Virus record (IMG/VR): IMGVR_UViG_3300030099_005086
Span: 46,740 to 110,739 of that record
Length of the DNA: 64,000 bases
Strand: one strand, 5' to 3'
From: a virus
In this document: positions 40,668-49,073 of the stretch, piece after piece
How positions within the stretch are numbered: position 1 is the stretch's first letter
How the letters are laid out: every line of letters starts with the position of its first letter
Program-made: the position numbers and the translations under genes
Notes under the pieces: model-generated
Told to the model about the DNA's origin: nothing
The model's database searches: none
What the model saw: the letters and a program-made list of their open reading frames with translations, nothing else

Positions 40668-41287
40668 GTTTTAATTATTTCTTTTGACTCTAATAGTGTA
40701 TATGAAAATGAATTACCCCAAATATCTCTAGCTTTTCTCATAATTTTCATAAAGAATGTCCAATCATCATTAGATGCAATAACTTGACATCCTGCTGACC
40801 ATTTATCTATTTGTGTAGATTTCTTACCAGCATACTTAGTAGCTCTATGAATGTTAATACCAAAAATACCTTCATGAATATTTTCAGTATTTAAATTATA
40901 AATATCATCTCTATTATTATCACGGTAAACTTTAACAGGTTTTTTTTGACATAATGCTTCATATCTACCTTGATGTTTTCTAATCATATGAGAACCTCTA
41001 TATTGATTTGGCACAAGTATTGCTACACCATTAGGATTTAATAAATTATCTACCCAATGTGTACCAGGATCTGTAGTACAATCAAATTCATGATAACACC
41101 AAACACCTTTATCATCTTTATATGATAATGTAAGTATATCATCAAAACGGTTAGTTACTTTATTATTAGTATCAGAATTTCTAATACCAACTATATTAAC
41201 ATCATAACCTTTATTTTGTGAATCATTAAACCATTTATAGTTCTTATGATCTACAGTTCTTTTGATTTGCTCTAAAGAATATAACAT
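40658..41287 (-). CDS. Putative lysin with a YkuD/L,D-transpeptidase-like catalytic motif
   Basis: GINIHRA...WSAGCQV gives the H...S.GC arrangement; also TTDPG and FSYTL. Confidence 0.6.
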   Translation of the reverse strand: MLYSLEQIKRTVDHKNYKWFNDSQNKGYDVNIVGIRNSDTNNKVTNRFDDILTLSYKDDKGVWCYHEFDCTTDPGTHWVDNLLNPNGVAILVPNQYRGSHMIRKHQGRYEALCQKKPVKVYRDNNRDDIYNLNTENIHEGIFGINIHRATKYAGKKSTQIDKWSAGCQVIASNDDWTFFMKIMRKARDIWGNSFSYTLLESKEIIKTWI

Positions 41288-41556
41288 TACTTAGATCTTT
41301 TAAGAGTTTTCTTTACTGATTCTTCTGATGTTTCTTCAGCATTATTATTTTGTGCTACACTTTGAGCTAAAAACATTTGTGCTTGTACTCTTTCTGCACG
41401 TGTTTTTTCAATATCTCTTAAGAGTTCTTCATATTTAAGTTGAACTTCTAAGTGATCAATACTTTCTTTATAGTAATTAGTTAGTTCTTCACGTCTGTTA
41501 TCTAACTCTTCTTTACTTAATTGCTGCGTTTCAGCTTCTTGTTGTAATGTTGCCAT
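41287..41556 (-). CDS. Small coiled-coil hypothetical protein
   Basis: ORF coupled to the next gene; upstream promoter motif and AAACCAA leader. Confidence 0.6.
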   Translation of the reverse strand: MATLQQEAETQQLSKEELDNRREELTNYYKESIDHLEVQLKYEELLRDIEKTRAERVQAQMFLAQSVAQNNNAEETSEESVKKTLKRSK

Positions 41557-41589
41557 TGTAAATTGGTTTTAAATTAATAGATTACAATA

Positions 41590-41602
41590 CAAATATACAA
41601 AA
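41590..41602 (-). promoter_or_regulatory. Promoter with a Bacteroidota -7 box (TATATTTG)
   Basis: Minus strand TTTTGTATATTTG matches TAnnTTTG. Confidence 0.7.
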
Positions 41603-41661
41603 AAAGTTTAAATATAAAAAGTTTATAGTATGTGTAATGTGTAAAACATCATGGGTGAGGT

Positions 41662-42327
41662 TTAATGATACCCATTTAATAATTCTAGTAGCTCTTCTAT
41701 TGCATCATGTCTATGACTATCTTCTAATACAGATTTAAAGACATATTTAGAAGCAACTAACTTTGCCATATCATGATATGCAGAATAATTTTTATCTTTT
41801 AAATCTATTTGATAAGAGTCTCCACAAAAAATCATTTTAGAATCTTTACCTAATCTTCCAATAGCCATTGCTAATTGACTTCTAGTTAAGTTTTGAAACT
41901 CATCTACTATAACAATAGAATTATCAAATGTACGTCCTCTAAAATGTGCAAGAGATACAAGTTCTATCTCTTCATCTTGCTCCATCTTTTGAAGCTTTTC
42001 AGGTTTATTATATACCTTACGCATGTTAGATTTAATTGGTACTAACCACGGTTCCATTTTTTCTTTTTCAGAACCTGGTAAAAATCCATTGTCTTCTGTA
42101 GAAACTGTAGGTCTTGTAATTATAATCTTATTATATTGACGTTTAAAAAATTGATCTAGTGCTACTTGTACAGCTAATAATGTTTTACCACTACCAGCTC
42201 TTCCTACAATAAAGTTATAAGGATGATTTAATATTTCTGTTTTAGCTTTCTTTTGTTCTTCTGATAAAGATATAGAAAACCTTATAGCTCCCTTTGGAGG
42301 AGTCTTTGATTTATTAAGTAAAGGCAT
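41662..42327 (-). CDS. phoH: PhoH-family ATPase
   Basis: Motifs GRAGSGKT, IITRP, GFLPG...EKMEPW, FRGRTF, DEFQN, GRLG and GD..QID. Confidence 0.95.
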   Translation of the reverse strand: MPLLNKSKTPPKGAIRFSISLSEEQKKAKTEILNHPYNFIVGRAGSGKTLLAVQVALDQFFKRQYNKIIITRPTVSTEDNGFLPGSEKEKMEPWLVPIKSNMRKVYNKPEKLQKMEQDEEIELVSLAHFRGRTFDNSIVIVDEFQNLTRSQLAMAIGRLGKDSKMIFCGDSYQIDLKDKNYSAYHDMAKLVASKYVFKSVLEDSHRHDAIEELLELLNGYH

Positions 42328-42330
42328 ATA

Positions 42331-42678
42331 TTATAAATTATTTTCAATAATTTGTATCTTATGACACTTTTCATATTCTTCTGTTTCTATAAAATAATCT
42401 TTCATATTTTGTAGAAATGCAATTTTTAAATTTTCAGCAGGATCATGTGCAAGTATTGCACCATTTTTTTGTGCCTCTAAAATATCTTCAAAAGTTTTTT
42501 CTCCTGTAATAATTTTATATGAATTATTAAATGCTTTTTCTAGTATTTTATATTCAGCTTCTTCTCTTTGCCAATCTTCTAAATCATCAAAATTTTCTAG
42601 TGGGTCTCTTAGTGACATATGTTCTATTTTTTCTTCTTGGTTATAATAAAAAAATAAGAAATTTTTAATTACGTTCAT
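42331..42678 (-). CDS. Small protein with a C-terminal UVR (UvrB/UvrC)-like motif; true start may be 42618
   Basis: YFIETEEYEKCHKI. The first 20 codons look like AT-rich leader sequence. Confidence 0.5.
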   Translation of the reverse strand: MNVIKNFLFFYYNQEEKIEHMSLRDPLENFDDLEDWQREEAEYKILEKAFNNSYKIITGEKTFEDILEAQKNGAILAHDPAENLKIAFLQNMKDYFIETEEYEKCHKIQIIENNL

Positions 42679-42691
42679 ATTTACAAAGGTA

Positions 42692-45600
42692 TTATTTTTT
42701 TAATAACTTTAGTTTTCCTCTTATAATAAGTGGTGATCCAAACTCTAATCCTTTACTTGCTTTCCTTTTAGAAACTTTGTAAAATGGATTTATTTCTTTA
42801 TCATATTCTTCTTTATTTATTTTTAATTCTGCACCATTTGCAAATATTATTTTAAATTCTGGTTTGCCATTTTTGTAAATAATCTCTTGTTCTATAGCAC
42901 CACCATTTTTTGCAAGTGTAAGAGATTGTTCTTGTTCATCCATAGCAACTTCATTCATAAACTTAATTACATTATTGTCTATCTTTTTTTGCTGTTCTTT
43001 ATATTTTTCTTTTTCTATATTAAACTTTTGATCAATTCTATTTTGTTCTATTCTATTATTTCCTTCAAAAAGTCTTTTTTGACTATCAATTTCATTAGCT
43101 ATATAACTTTGAATATTATTGATAGCATGACTTATACTGCTTATTATATAATCTGGTGCTGCATCATCCCCAAGGTCTATATAATTATCTTTAAATTTAG
43201 ACTTACGTATTGTAGCACTATTTAGTTCTCTAGGAACAATATTACCATCTTCACCTATATTTGCAAACCATTCTAAAGCTTTTCTTTGATATTCAGGTAA
43301 ATTATTAAAAGCATCTTCTCTTAATTTATTAGGATTTAAATTAAATCCTTGTTCTTCTAAAAATTGTAAACTTTTACCATCATCATAACTAGCATTTTCA
43401 GATATATCTTGATTATTAAAGTGTGTATTACCTGGTATTAATCTAGCTATATTTTTTTGATCTGATATAAAAGCTGCTGGATCATAGTTTCTATTAGAAT
43501 TAATACCTGTAAATTTTTTTCTAGTTACATTCATGAAGTCATTTTGAATTTCAGTAATTAACCCAGGATTACGCTCATCAGGAAGATTATCTCTACTATG
43601 TGCTGTATACCCTTCCTTGTTTGCTAATTCATAAAAAGTTTTATAATCAGTATCATTATCTTTATTAAATCTTTTTAAAAATTTATTTCTTTGTTTTATT
43701 GTTTTACTTCCTATTTTTTGCATAAATGTTGATAACGCAGTGTCTGGAGTATTACCAAATCCTTTTGGTGCACTATCATTCCATTCATCTCTTTCTTTAT
43801 CATAATTAACATATGCATTTCTATCTATTGTAGGAAATACTTCATTTACAAATTTATCATACATTTCATCACTATAAGGTGAATGATATTTATTTGGTTG
43901 ATTTCGTTTTAATTCTGCAAGTTCTTCTTCTGATCTTTTAGTTATACCTCTTTCAGCTAACCAATCTTCATATGCTCCAGCATTATAATTATTTGACTCA
44001 CCTAACTTTTGCATTGCATTATAAGGATTTATATCTTTAGTTCCTTTAGATCCAAATAACTTATAAGCAATTTCTGCATTTATATCTTGTACTGGTTCAT
44101 TACTTAACCACTCTTTTACTTTTTTTTGTGTTCTTGGATTAGATCCTAATTTATTTCTAACTCTATCTATAGCTTGTTGTTCAGGATTAGTTCCAACTAA
44201 AAATTCATTTATTCTATCTAAATATGAAATATTTGAATCTCCAAAAGTATAAGGATTCTCATCTTTTTTAGGTATTTCTGTAGAAGGATTAATTGCTTCT
44301 AATAATGGTGCATCAGGCATTTCAAATCCTCTTTCATTTAATAAGTTTAAATGTTCTTGAGTAAATTCACCTTCTTCTGGATTCCATATACCCGCATCTT
44401 GTAATGCAGATTCTAAATTACGTTTATAGGATTTAACTTCTTGAGGCATTGTATAATACTCAGTCTCAGCTTTATCTCCCTCATAATCTGGACTATATGG
44501 ATTTTCTTTACTAGCATTTGTAAAGAATGTATTATAATAATCTTTAAACTGTTGATAATTTGGACTATATTTCCCTGAACCCATTATACCCATGTTATTA
44601 GATAAATGATCTAATTCATGTGTGATAGTTCCTTTTAATAATGTTTCTTTAGGTTTAATTACATCTCCATCAATGTTATAATATGGAAGCTGTGTATATG
44701 ATAAACCTAATGGATCTTTTGGTGTATCAGGATTTAAATATACACCTGTTTGTTTATCTGGATCATTAAGTTGTAATGGAAAAGTACCTTCTTGATAATT
44801 AACAAAAGCTAGAACTCCAGCAACATTTGGATCATAAGTAAAACCAGGTGCTTGTTGTGTGCTTCCTTTCACTTTAGATCCAGTGCTATATATTAGTTCA
44901 ACATTTTTGTTTACAATATCATCTAACTGCGTGTCAGTTAAAGTTTCACCTGTAGCATTTAAATGTTCTTTTCTTAATCTTTCTCTTTCAGGTGCACTTC
45001 TGTAATGTGTTTCTAATTCTTTTTGTTCTTGACTAATATCAAAATTACCTGATTCAATAGTTTGTTTTAAGTTATCTGCTGTTACATTTTCTGTGGTTAC
45101 TTCATTTGAACCATCAGTACCTTGGAATGTAGGTAAAGATCCACCATTCTGTTTTAAAGTTTTTAAATATTTTTTATAATCTGATAAATTACCAATTTCT
45201 TCTACATTACTTAAATAAATTAATCCATCTGGAACATCAAACTCTTTAAAACTTGTTCCTGCACGAAACTTGCTTCCTTGTTGTGGACCACCTCTATATA
45301 TTTCATTAAGAAATTTATTATCTATATCTATTTTGTATACATTTCCTTTATAGTTTAATAGATCACTTCTATAGTCTGCATATCTTAAAGGATCAAATGG
45401 ATCTGCTGAAAACCATCCTGATGTTTTATCTCCATAATTAAATGGTGAATCACCATATCTATATAAAGTTGTTGTTCCATCATCTCCTAATTTGTTAACA
45501 TAACTTTGTATATTTTCTGCTTCTACACCAGGCAATCTAGATCTTGCATGAAAATAATCTAAACCAGATTCAGCATCTTTTGCAACATTAAGTTTAACAT

Positions 45601-47260
45601 TATCTAGAAAATTAACTTTACTAGAAACTGCATCAGTTTTTCCTCCAGGTAATACTTTAATTTCTCCATCAATATATTTTCTATTAGGACTATAATGACC
45701 ATATGTTGTATTCCAGTTATCAATAAATGTTTGAGCTTTTTTAGGATCTTCTTCAATTAATTTTACAAGTTCTTTATCAGATTGTGGAACACCTAGTCTT
45801 TTTGCTCTATTAAATTGATAACCAGCTTTTACAGCCATGTCTGCTTCTCCTATCTCATTAATTTTTTTTAATTGTTGAAATAACATTTCATCTTGTAACG
45901 CTAGTTTACCAGTACTTCTAAAACCTATAAAAGGATTAATAGCTAGATCTAATGCTCCTGCTTTACTAAATAAGTTTGGAGAAAAAGTTCTAGCACCAAG
46001 AAGAAAATCTATAGGTGACATACTAAGTTCTGCTCCCGCAGGCATATCAGGATTAATTGTACCATCTGGAAGTATTTCACTACTTTCTATAGCTTTATCA
46101 AAATATCTTTGTGTTGCATCCCTTTCAAGTTGATTTATATATTCATCAAACCTAAGCTGTTCTTCTGGTGTAAGATTAGATTGTTGTGGTACAGTTATCT
46201 TTGGTGTTTCTCTACCATCCTGAGCTCTCATACTACCTTCAGGTAAATCATCTGCAATCTCTGGATCAAATGCAACATTGTTCATTTGCCATACTATGTC
46301 TTCTTTGTTAAATAATTGTAACATTCTATCAGCAACTGAAAATCCTTTTTCATCTTTACCTTTTTGATTAAAGACTCCCTCTTGCTCTAAAAGTTTATTT
46401 AGATCATCCATAGTAAATGGTCTTGTATCTTCTGCTTTATAAATATTAAATTTATCTGCTAAATATCTTAAGGCCATTACATCAGAACGTCTTTCATGGG
46501 GACTACGATCATGTGCTAGTATTGCTTGTCTTTCTTTATTTATCCAGTCTTCTTTAGCATCTTCAAGAGAATTATAACCCATATCTTCCACAACAGCAAC
46601 AAAACTATTATAACCTTCTCTATTTGGATTAGTTTGTTCTTGCCATCTTTTTTCTACTGCTTCATCTAAATTTTTATTGTATTTATCTGTACCTACTTTT
46701 GATCTAGAGGCTAATTCATTTTGAATGCTCTTTGGCATATACATACCGTGCATATCATGAGTATAAGTATAGAAGTCATCAATACTCATATCTTGAATAT
46801 TTAACATATGACCATATTCATGTGCTAGTATTGCTTCTTGAAGTGTTGGATTATTTTCTGCATCTGCAACTGTAGGATCAAATCTGATACTTCTATCACT
46901 TGGTTCATAATCTGATAAAAAACTAAGTAAGCTCATACCTGGATCAAACATAGAATCAAAAAATCCTTTATCTGTTCTATCAACCATACTATGACCTGCA
47001 AATGCTGCAGCTACACCATAAGGTCCCATATCTACTTGTAATCCTGGACCACGACTAAAACCTTCACGTTCATTGGCTATATATTGTCTATACAAACCAC
47101 GTTTAGGATCAATAGGATAATTACCTTCTTCTATTAGCCGTTTATAGTTATCACTAGTTACATACCTTTTGTAAAAGTCATCAACTCTTGACATAATCTC
47201 ATCAAAAGGTACTGCAGAAGATTCACCTGCATTTTGCTTTTTTTTCAACTTTCTCATCAA
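42692..47260 (-). CDS. Polyvalent protein: two zincin (HExxH) modules flanking an ADP-ribosyltransferase-like module
   Basis: AHEYGH (46808-46822) and THELDH (44606-44620), each with a downstream Glu. LYRYG...GWFSAD...VYKIDI...KEFDVP lies between them. Confidence 0.65.
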   Translation of the reverse strand: MMRKLKKKQNAGESSAVPFDEIMSRVDDFYKRYVTSDNYKRLIEEGNYPIDPKRGLYRQYIANEREGFSRGPGLQVDMGPYGVAAAFAGHSMVDRTDKGFFDSMFDPGMSLLSFLSDYEPSDRSIRFDPTVADAENNPTLQEAILAHEYGHMLNIQDMSIDDFYTYTHDMHGMYMPKSIQNELASRSKVGTDKYNKNLDEAVEKRWQEQTNPNREGYNSFVAVVEDMGYNSLEDAKEDWINKERQAILAHDRSPHERRSDVMALRYLADKFNIYKAEDTRPFTMDDLNKLLEQEGVFNQKGKDEKGFSVADRMLQLFNKEDIVWQMNNVAFDPEIADDLPEGSMRAQDGRETPKITVPQQSNLTPEEQLRFDEYINQLERDATQRYFDKAIESSEILPDGTINPDMPAGAELSMSPIDFLLGARTFSPNLFSKAGALDLAINPFIGFRSTGKLALQDEMLFQQLKKINEIGEADMAVKAGYQFNRAKRLGVPQSDKELVKLIEEDPKKAQTFIDNWNTTYGHYSPNRKYIDGEIKVLPGGKTDAVSSKVNFLDNVKLNVAKDAESGLDYFHARSRLPGVEAENIQSYVNKLGDDGTTTLYRYGDSPFNYGDKTSGWFSADPFDPLRYADYRSDLLNYKGNVYKIDIDNKFLNEIYRGGPQQGSKFRAGTSFKEFDVPDGLIYLSNVEEIGNLSDYKKYLKTLKQNGGSLPTFQGTDGSNEVTTENVTADNLKQTIESGNFDISQEQKELETHYRSAPERERLRKEHLNATGETLTDTQLDDIVNKNVELIYSTGSKVKGSTQQAPGFTYDPNVAGVLAFVNYQEGTFPLQLNDPDKQTGVYLNPDTPKDPLGLSYTQLPYYNIDGDVIKPKETLLKGTITHELDHLSNNMGIMGSGKYSPNYQQFKDYYNTFFTNASKENPYSPDYEGDKAETEYYTMPQEVKSYKRNLESALQDAGIWNPEEGEFTQEHLNLLNERGFEMPDAPLLEAINPSTEIPKKDENPYTFGDSNISYLDRINEFLVGTNPEQQAIDRVRNKLGSNPRTQKKVKEWLSNEPVQDINAEIAYKLFGSKGTKDINPYNAMQKLGESNNYNAGAYEDWLAERGITKRSEEELAELKRNQPNKYHSPYSDEMYDKFVNEVFPTIDRNAYVNYDKERDEWNDSAPKGFGNTPDTALSTFMQKIGSKTIKQRNKFLKRFNKDNDTDYKTFYELANKEGYTAHSRDNLPDERNPGLITEIQNDFMNVTRKKFTGINSNRNYDPAAFISDQKNIARLIPGNTHFNNQDISENASYDDGKSLQFLEEQGFNLNPNKLREDAFNNLPEYQRKALEWFANIGEDGNIVPRELNSATIRKSKFKDNYIDLGDDAAPDYIISSISHAINNIQSYIANEIDSQKRLFEGNNRIEQNRIDQKFNIEKEKYKEQQKKIDNNVIKFMNEVAMDEQEQSLTLAKNGGAIEQEIIYKNGKPEFKIIFANGAELKINKEEYDKEINPFYKVSKRKASKGLEFGSPLIIRGKLKLLKK

Positions 47261-47472
47261 TCAAACTCTTGCTTATAAAACAATATACTCAAATTTGACC
47301 AGACCCCCAAGCAAACTAAATCAAACTTGTCCCCCCTGGGTATTAGAAATTTTGTATATATAGGGTTGGGTGGAGGTATCTATTATCTGCTCCCCAGATC
47401 AAAAATGGTTTGTGTCTACCCCCCTAGGGTTGTGCAAGCTAATACAAAATTTATAAATCTAAAATAAAAATT

Positions 47473-47760
47473 ATGTTGTACTTTGTAAAATTTACCCAAA
47501 CAGGTAAAGGTATGGTCTTTTCAAGTGAAAAGATAGGTGAAAAAATAACCAAGACAGTAGGTACTGGTGACAATGCTGTAAGTATTACTATTAGTAAACA
47601 AACGCCAAATGTCAAATTTGGGTTTTGTCCAACTAATGGTAAAACAGCAGAGCTCAAGAAAGTATTAAAACCAGGTCAACAAGTTGATGGTTTTAAACTG
47701 TCTGATGAGAAGGTAGAGATTGAAGGTGTGCCATCTGACAATCTCTTCTGGGTAGAGTAA
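47473..47760 (+). CDS. First gene of the plus arm, hypothetical small beta-rich protein
   Basis: A-rich leader; followed by a terminator. Confidence 0.7.
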   Translation: MLYFVKFTQTGKGMVFSSEKIGEKITKTVGTGDNAVSITISKQTPNVKFGFCPTNGKTAELKKVLKPGQQVDGFKLSDEKVEIEGVPSDNLFWVE

Positions 47761-47767
47761 TACTCTA

Positions 47768-47800
47768 AGGTGTGTATGTAACAATGCACACCTAATTTTT
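47768..47800 (+). terminator. Intrinsic terminator
   Basis: AGGTGTGTAT-GTAACA-ATGCACACCT followed by AATTTTT. Confidence 0.65.
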
Positions 47801-48009
47801 CTAAATGCGTAGGTATTGTCACACAATGTTACGCGTTAGGTCACATGTTACTAGCTTTTTGCTGTAATGTGTCACAAAAGTTATAAATACTTGTAATTAA
47901 TTTTAAATAGTTGTGTGTGTTACAGTGTGTGTGATAGGTCCATATTCCCACTTATTACCACATTGTTCCACATACTAACCTTCACAATCACCTAAAATAT
48001 AATATAGCT

Positions 48010-48210
48010 ATGACTAGCATTCAAAAAGAATTAAAAAAGGCTCAATTAAATAATGATTGGAACAGCATCAAAAGAATATTTGATAAGCTAAATAACATCT
48101 GTAAAGAAGAAGCAGACATGAGTTTATTTGAGTTCTTAACGTATAGAGATAATACTTCAGAACTTTGTAGATATTATTCTTTAGGTCCACATAAATCTAA
48201 AATGACATGA
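48010..48210 (+). CDS. Hypothetical early protein
   Basis: ORF with an ATGA overlap to the next gene. Confidence 0.55.
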   Translation: MTSIQKELKKAQLNNDWNSIKRIFDKLNNICKEEADMSLFEFLTYRDNTSELCRYYSLGPHKSKMT

Positions 48211-48383
48211 AAATAGTAAACATAGAAAGAACATATAACAAGTATGAAGATAAGTATGAGATTGTTATGTGGGTAAAAGATAAAATAAACTATTGTACAA
48301 CACCTATAGTAGTTGAGGATACTGCATATGCAAATAGCCTTTTAAACTCTTGGAATAGTGTTAATAGTAACTCTGAAGAATAG
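48207..48383 (+). CDS. Hypothetical early protein, 58 aa; missing from the ORF track
   Basis: MKIVNIERTYNKYEDKYEIVMWVKDKINYCTTPIVVEDTAYANSLLNSWNSVNSNSEE; ATGA overlap with the previous gene. Confidence 0.6.
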   Translation: MKIVNIERTYNKYEDKYEIVMWVKDKINYCTTPIVVEDTAYANSLLNSWNSVNSNSEE

Positions 48384-48387
48384 TATT

Positions 48388-48780
48388 ATGAAAGCAAAAA
48401 TAGAATTTATACGTGCACAAGCTAATGTTACATATGAAGCATTGCTTACACTCATGAACACTTTCAATAGTGCAATAGATGAGGAGAGAGATAAAATCAA
48501 ACATTACTTTAATATTAATAGAGATATAGAAGGTAATGATGCTGCTCTACAAGCATTAAATATTTATAATGGAGATATGGTAGATTTACTTGACCTTATA
48601 AGAGGTATTAAGTATGATGCCCAGTTCTTCTATGGTGAGATTGATAAACCTGAATGCACCGCAACAGGTGAGAGATATAATATTAGTCACTTTGAGTACA
48701 TGAATGAGAAGCTTGACTGGATATATAATAATACATTGAAACATTATATTAATTTTCTAACAGAGGAAAAAAGATCATGA
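48388..48780 (+). CDS. Hypothetical early protein (start moved from 48358 to ATG 48388)
   Basis: ATG lies 4 nt after the upstream stop; ATGA overlap downstream. Confidence 0.65.
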   Translation: MKAKIEFIRAQANVTYEALLTLMNTFNSAIDEERDKIKHYFNINRDIEGNDAALQALNIYNGDMVDLLDLIRGIKYDAQFFYGEIDKPECTATGERYNISHFEYMNEKLDWIYNNTLKHYINFLTEEKRS

Positions 48781-49073
48781 GTAAAATAACAAAAATGTAT
48801 GGTGTCTATTTAGATATAGAAGACCAAGAAGTTACAAGTATGGTTATAGCAGCTGTTACAGCATACTTAAAAAGTCAAAAGACTTTATATAAAATAGACT
48901 ATCAGAAAGGTGATGTCTGTAAAGTTAAAAGAGTAGTGTATATAATGGAAAATAATACTAATCTTTGTAAATCAGTTTCTAAAAATTTGCAGGTTATATT
49001 TCCACAGTTAGAAATTGTAGTAGATGATATTGTATTACACTCAGAACTAGAGGAGGGTAATCATGTTATTTGA
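48777..49073 (+). CDS. Hypothetical early protein
   Basis: Coupled ORF. Confidence 0.6.
   Translation: MSKITKMYGVYLDIEDQEVTSMVIAAVTAYLKSQKTLYKIDYQKGDVCKVKRVVYIMENNTNLCKSVSKNLQVIFPQLEIVVDDIVLHSELEEGNHVI

Noticed and set aside
2216-43225. Short plus-strand ORFs within the minus arm (2216, 4426, 12540, 13491, 16585, 16781, 17236, 17524, 17747, 22605, 35594, 39218, 40303, 40599, 42887) and the out-of-frame minus ORF 22556-22810
   Set aside because: They are antisense or alternate-frame shadows of long, motif-bearing genes, with mostly non-ATG starts and no recognisable motifs.
47702-47752. Possible hammerhead ribozyme (CTGATGA followed by an AGAGATTG/CAATCTCT stem)
   Set aside because: It lies inside a coding region and lacks the GAAA core after the stem.
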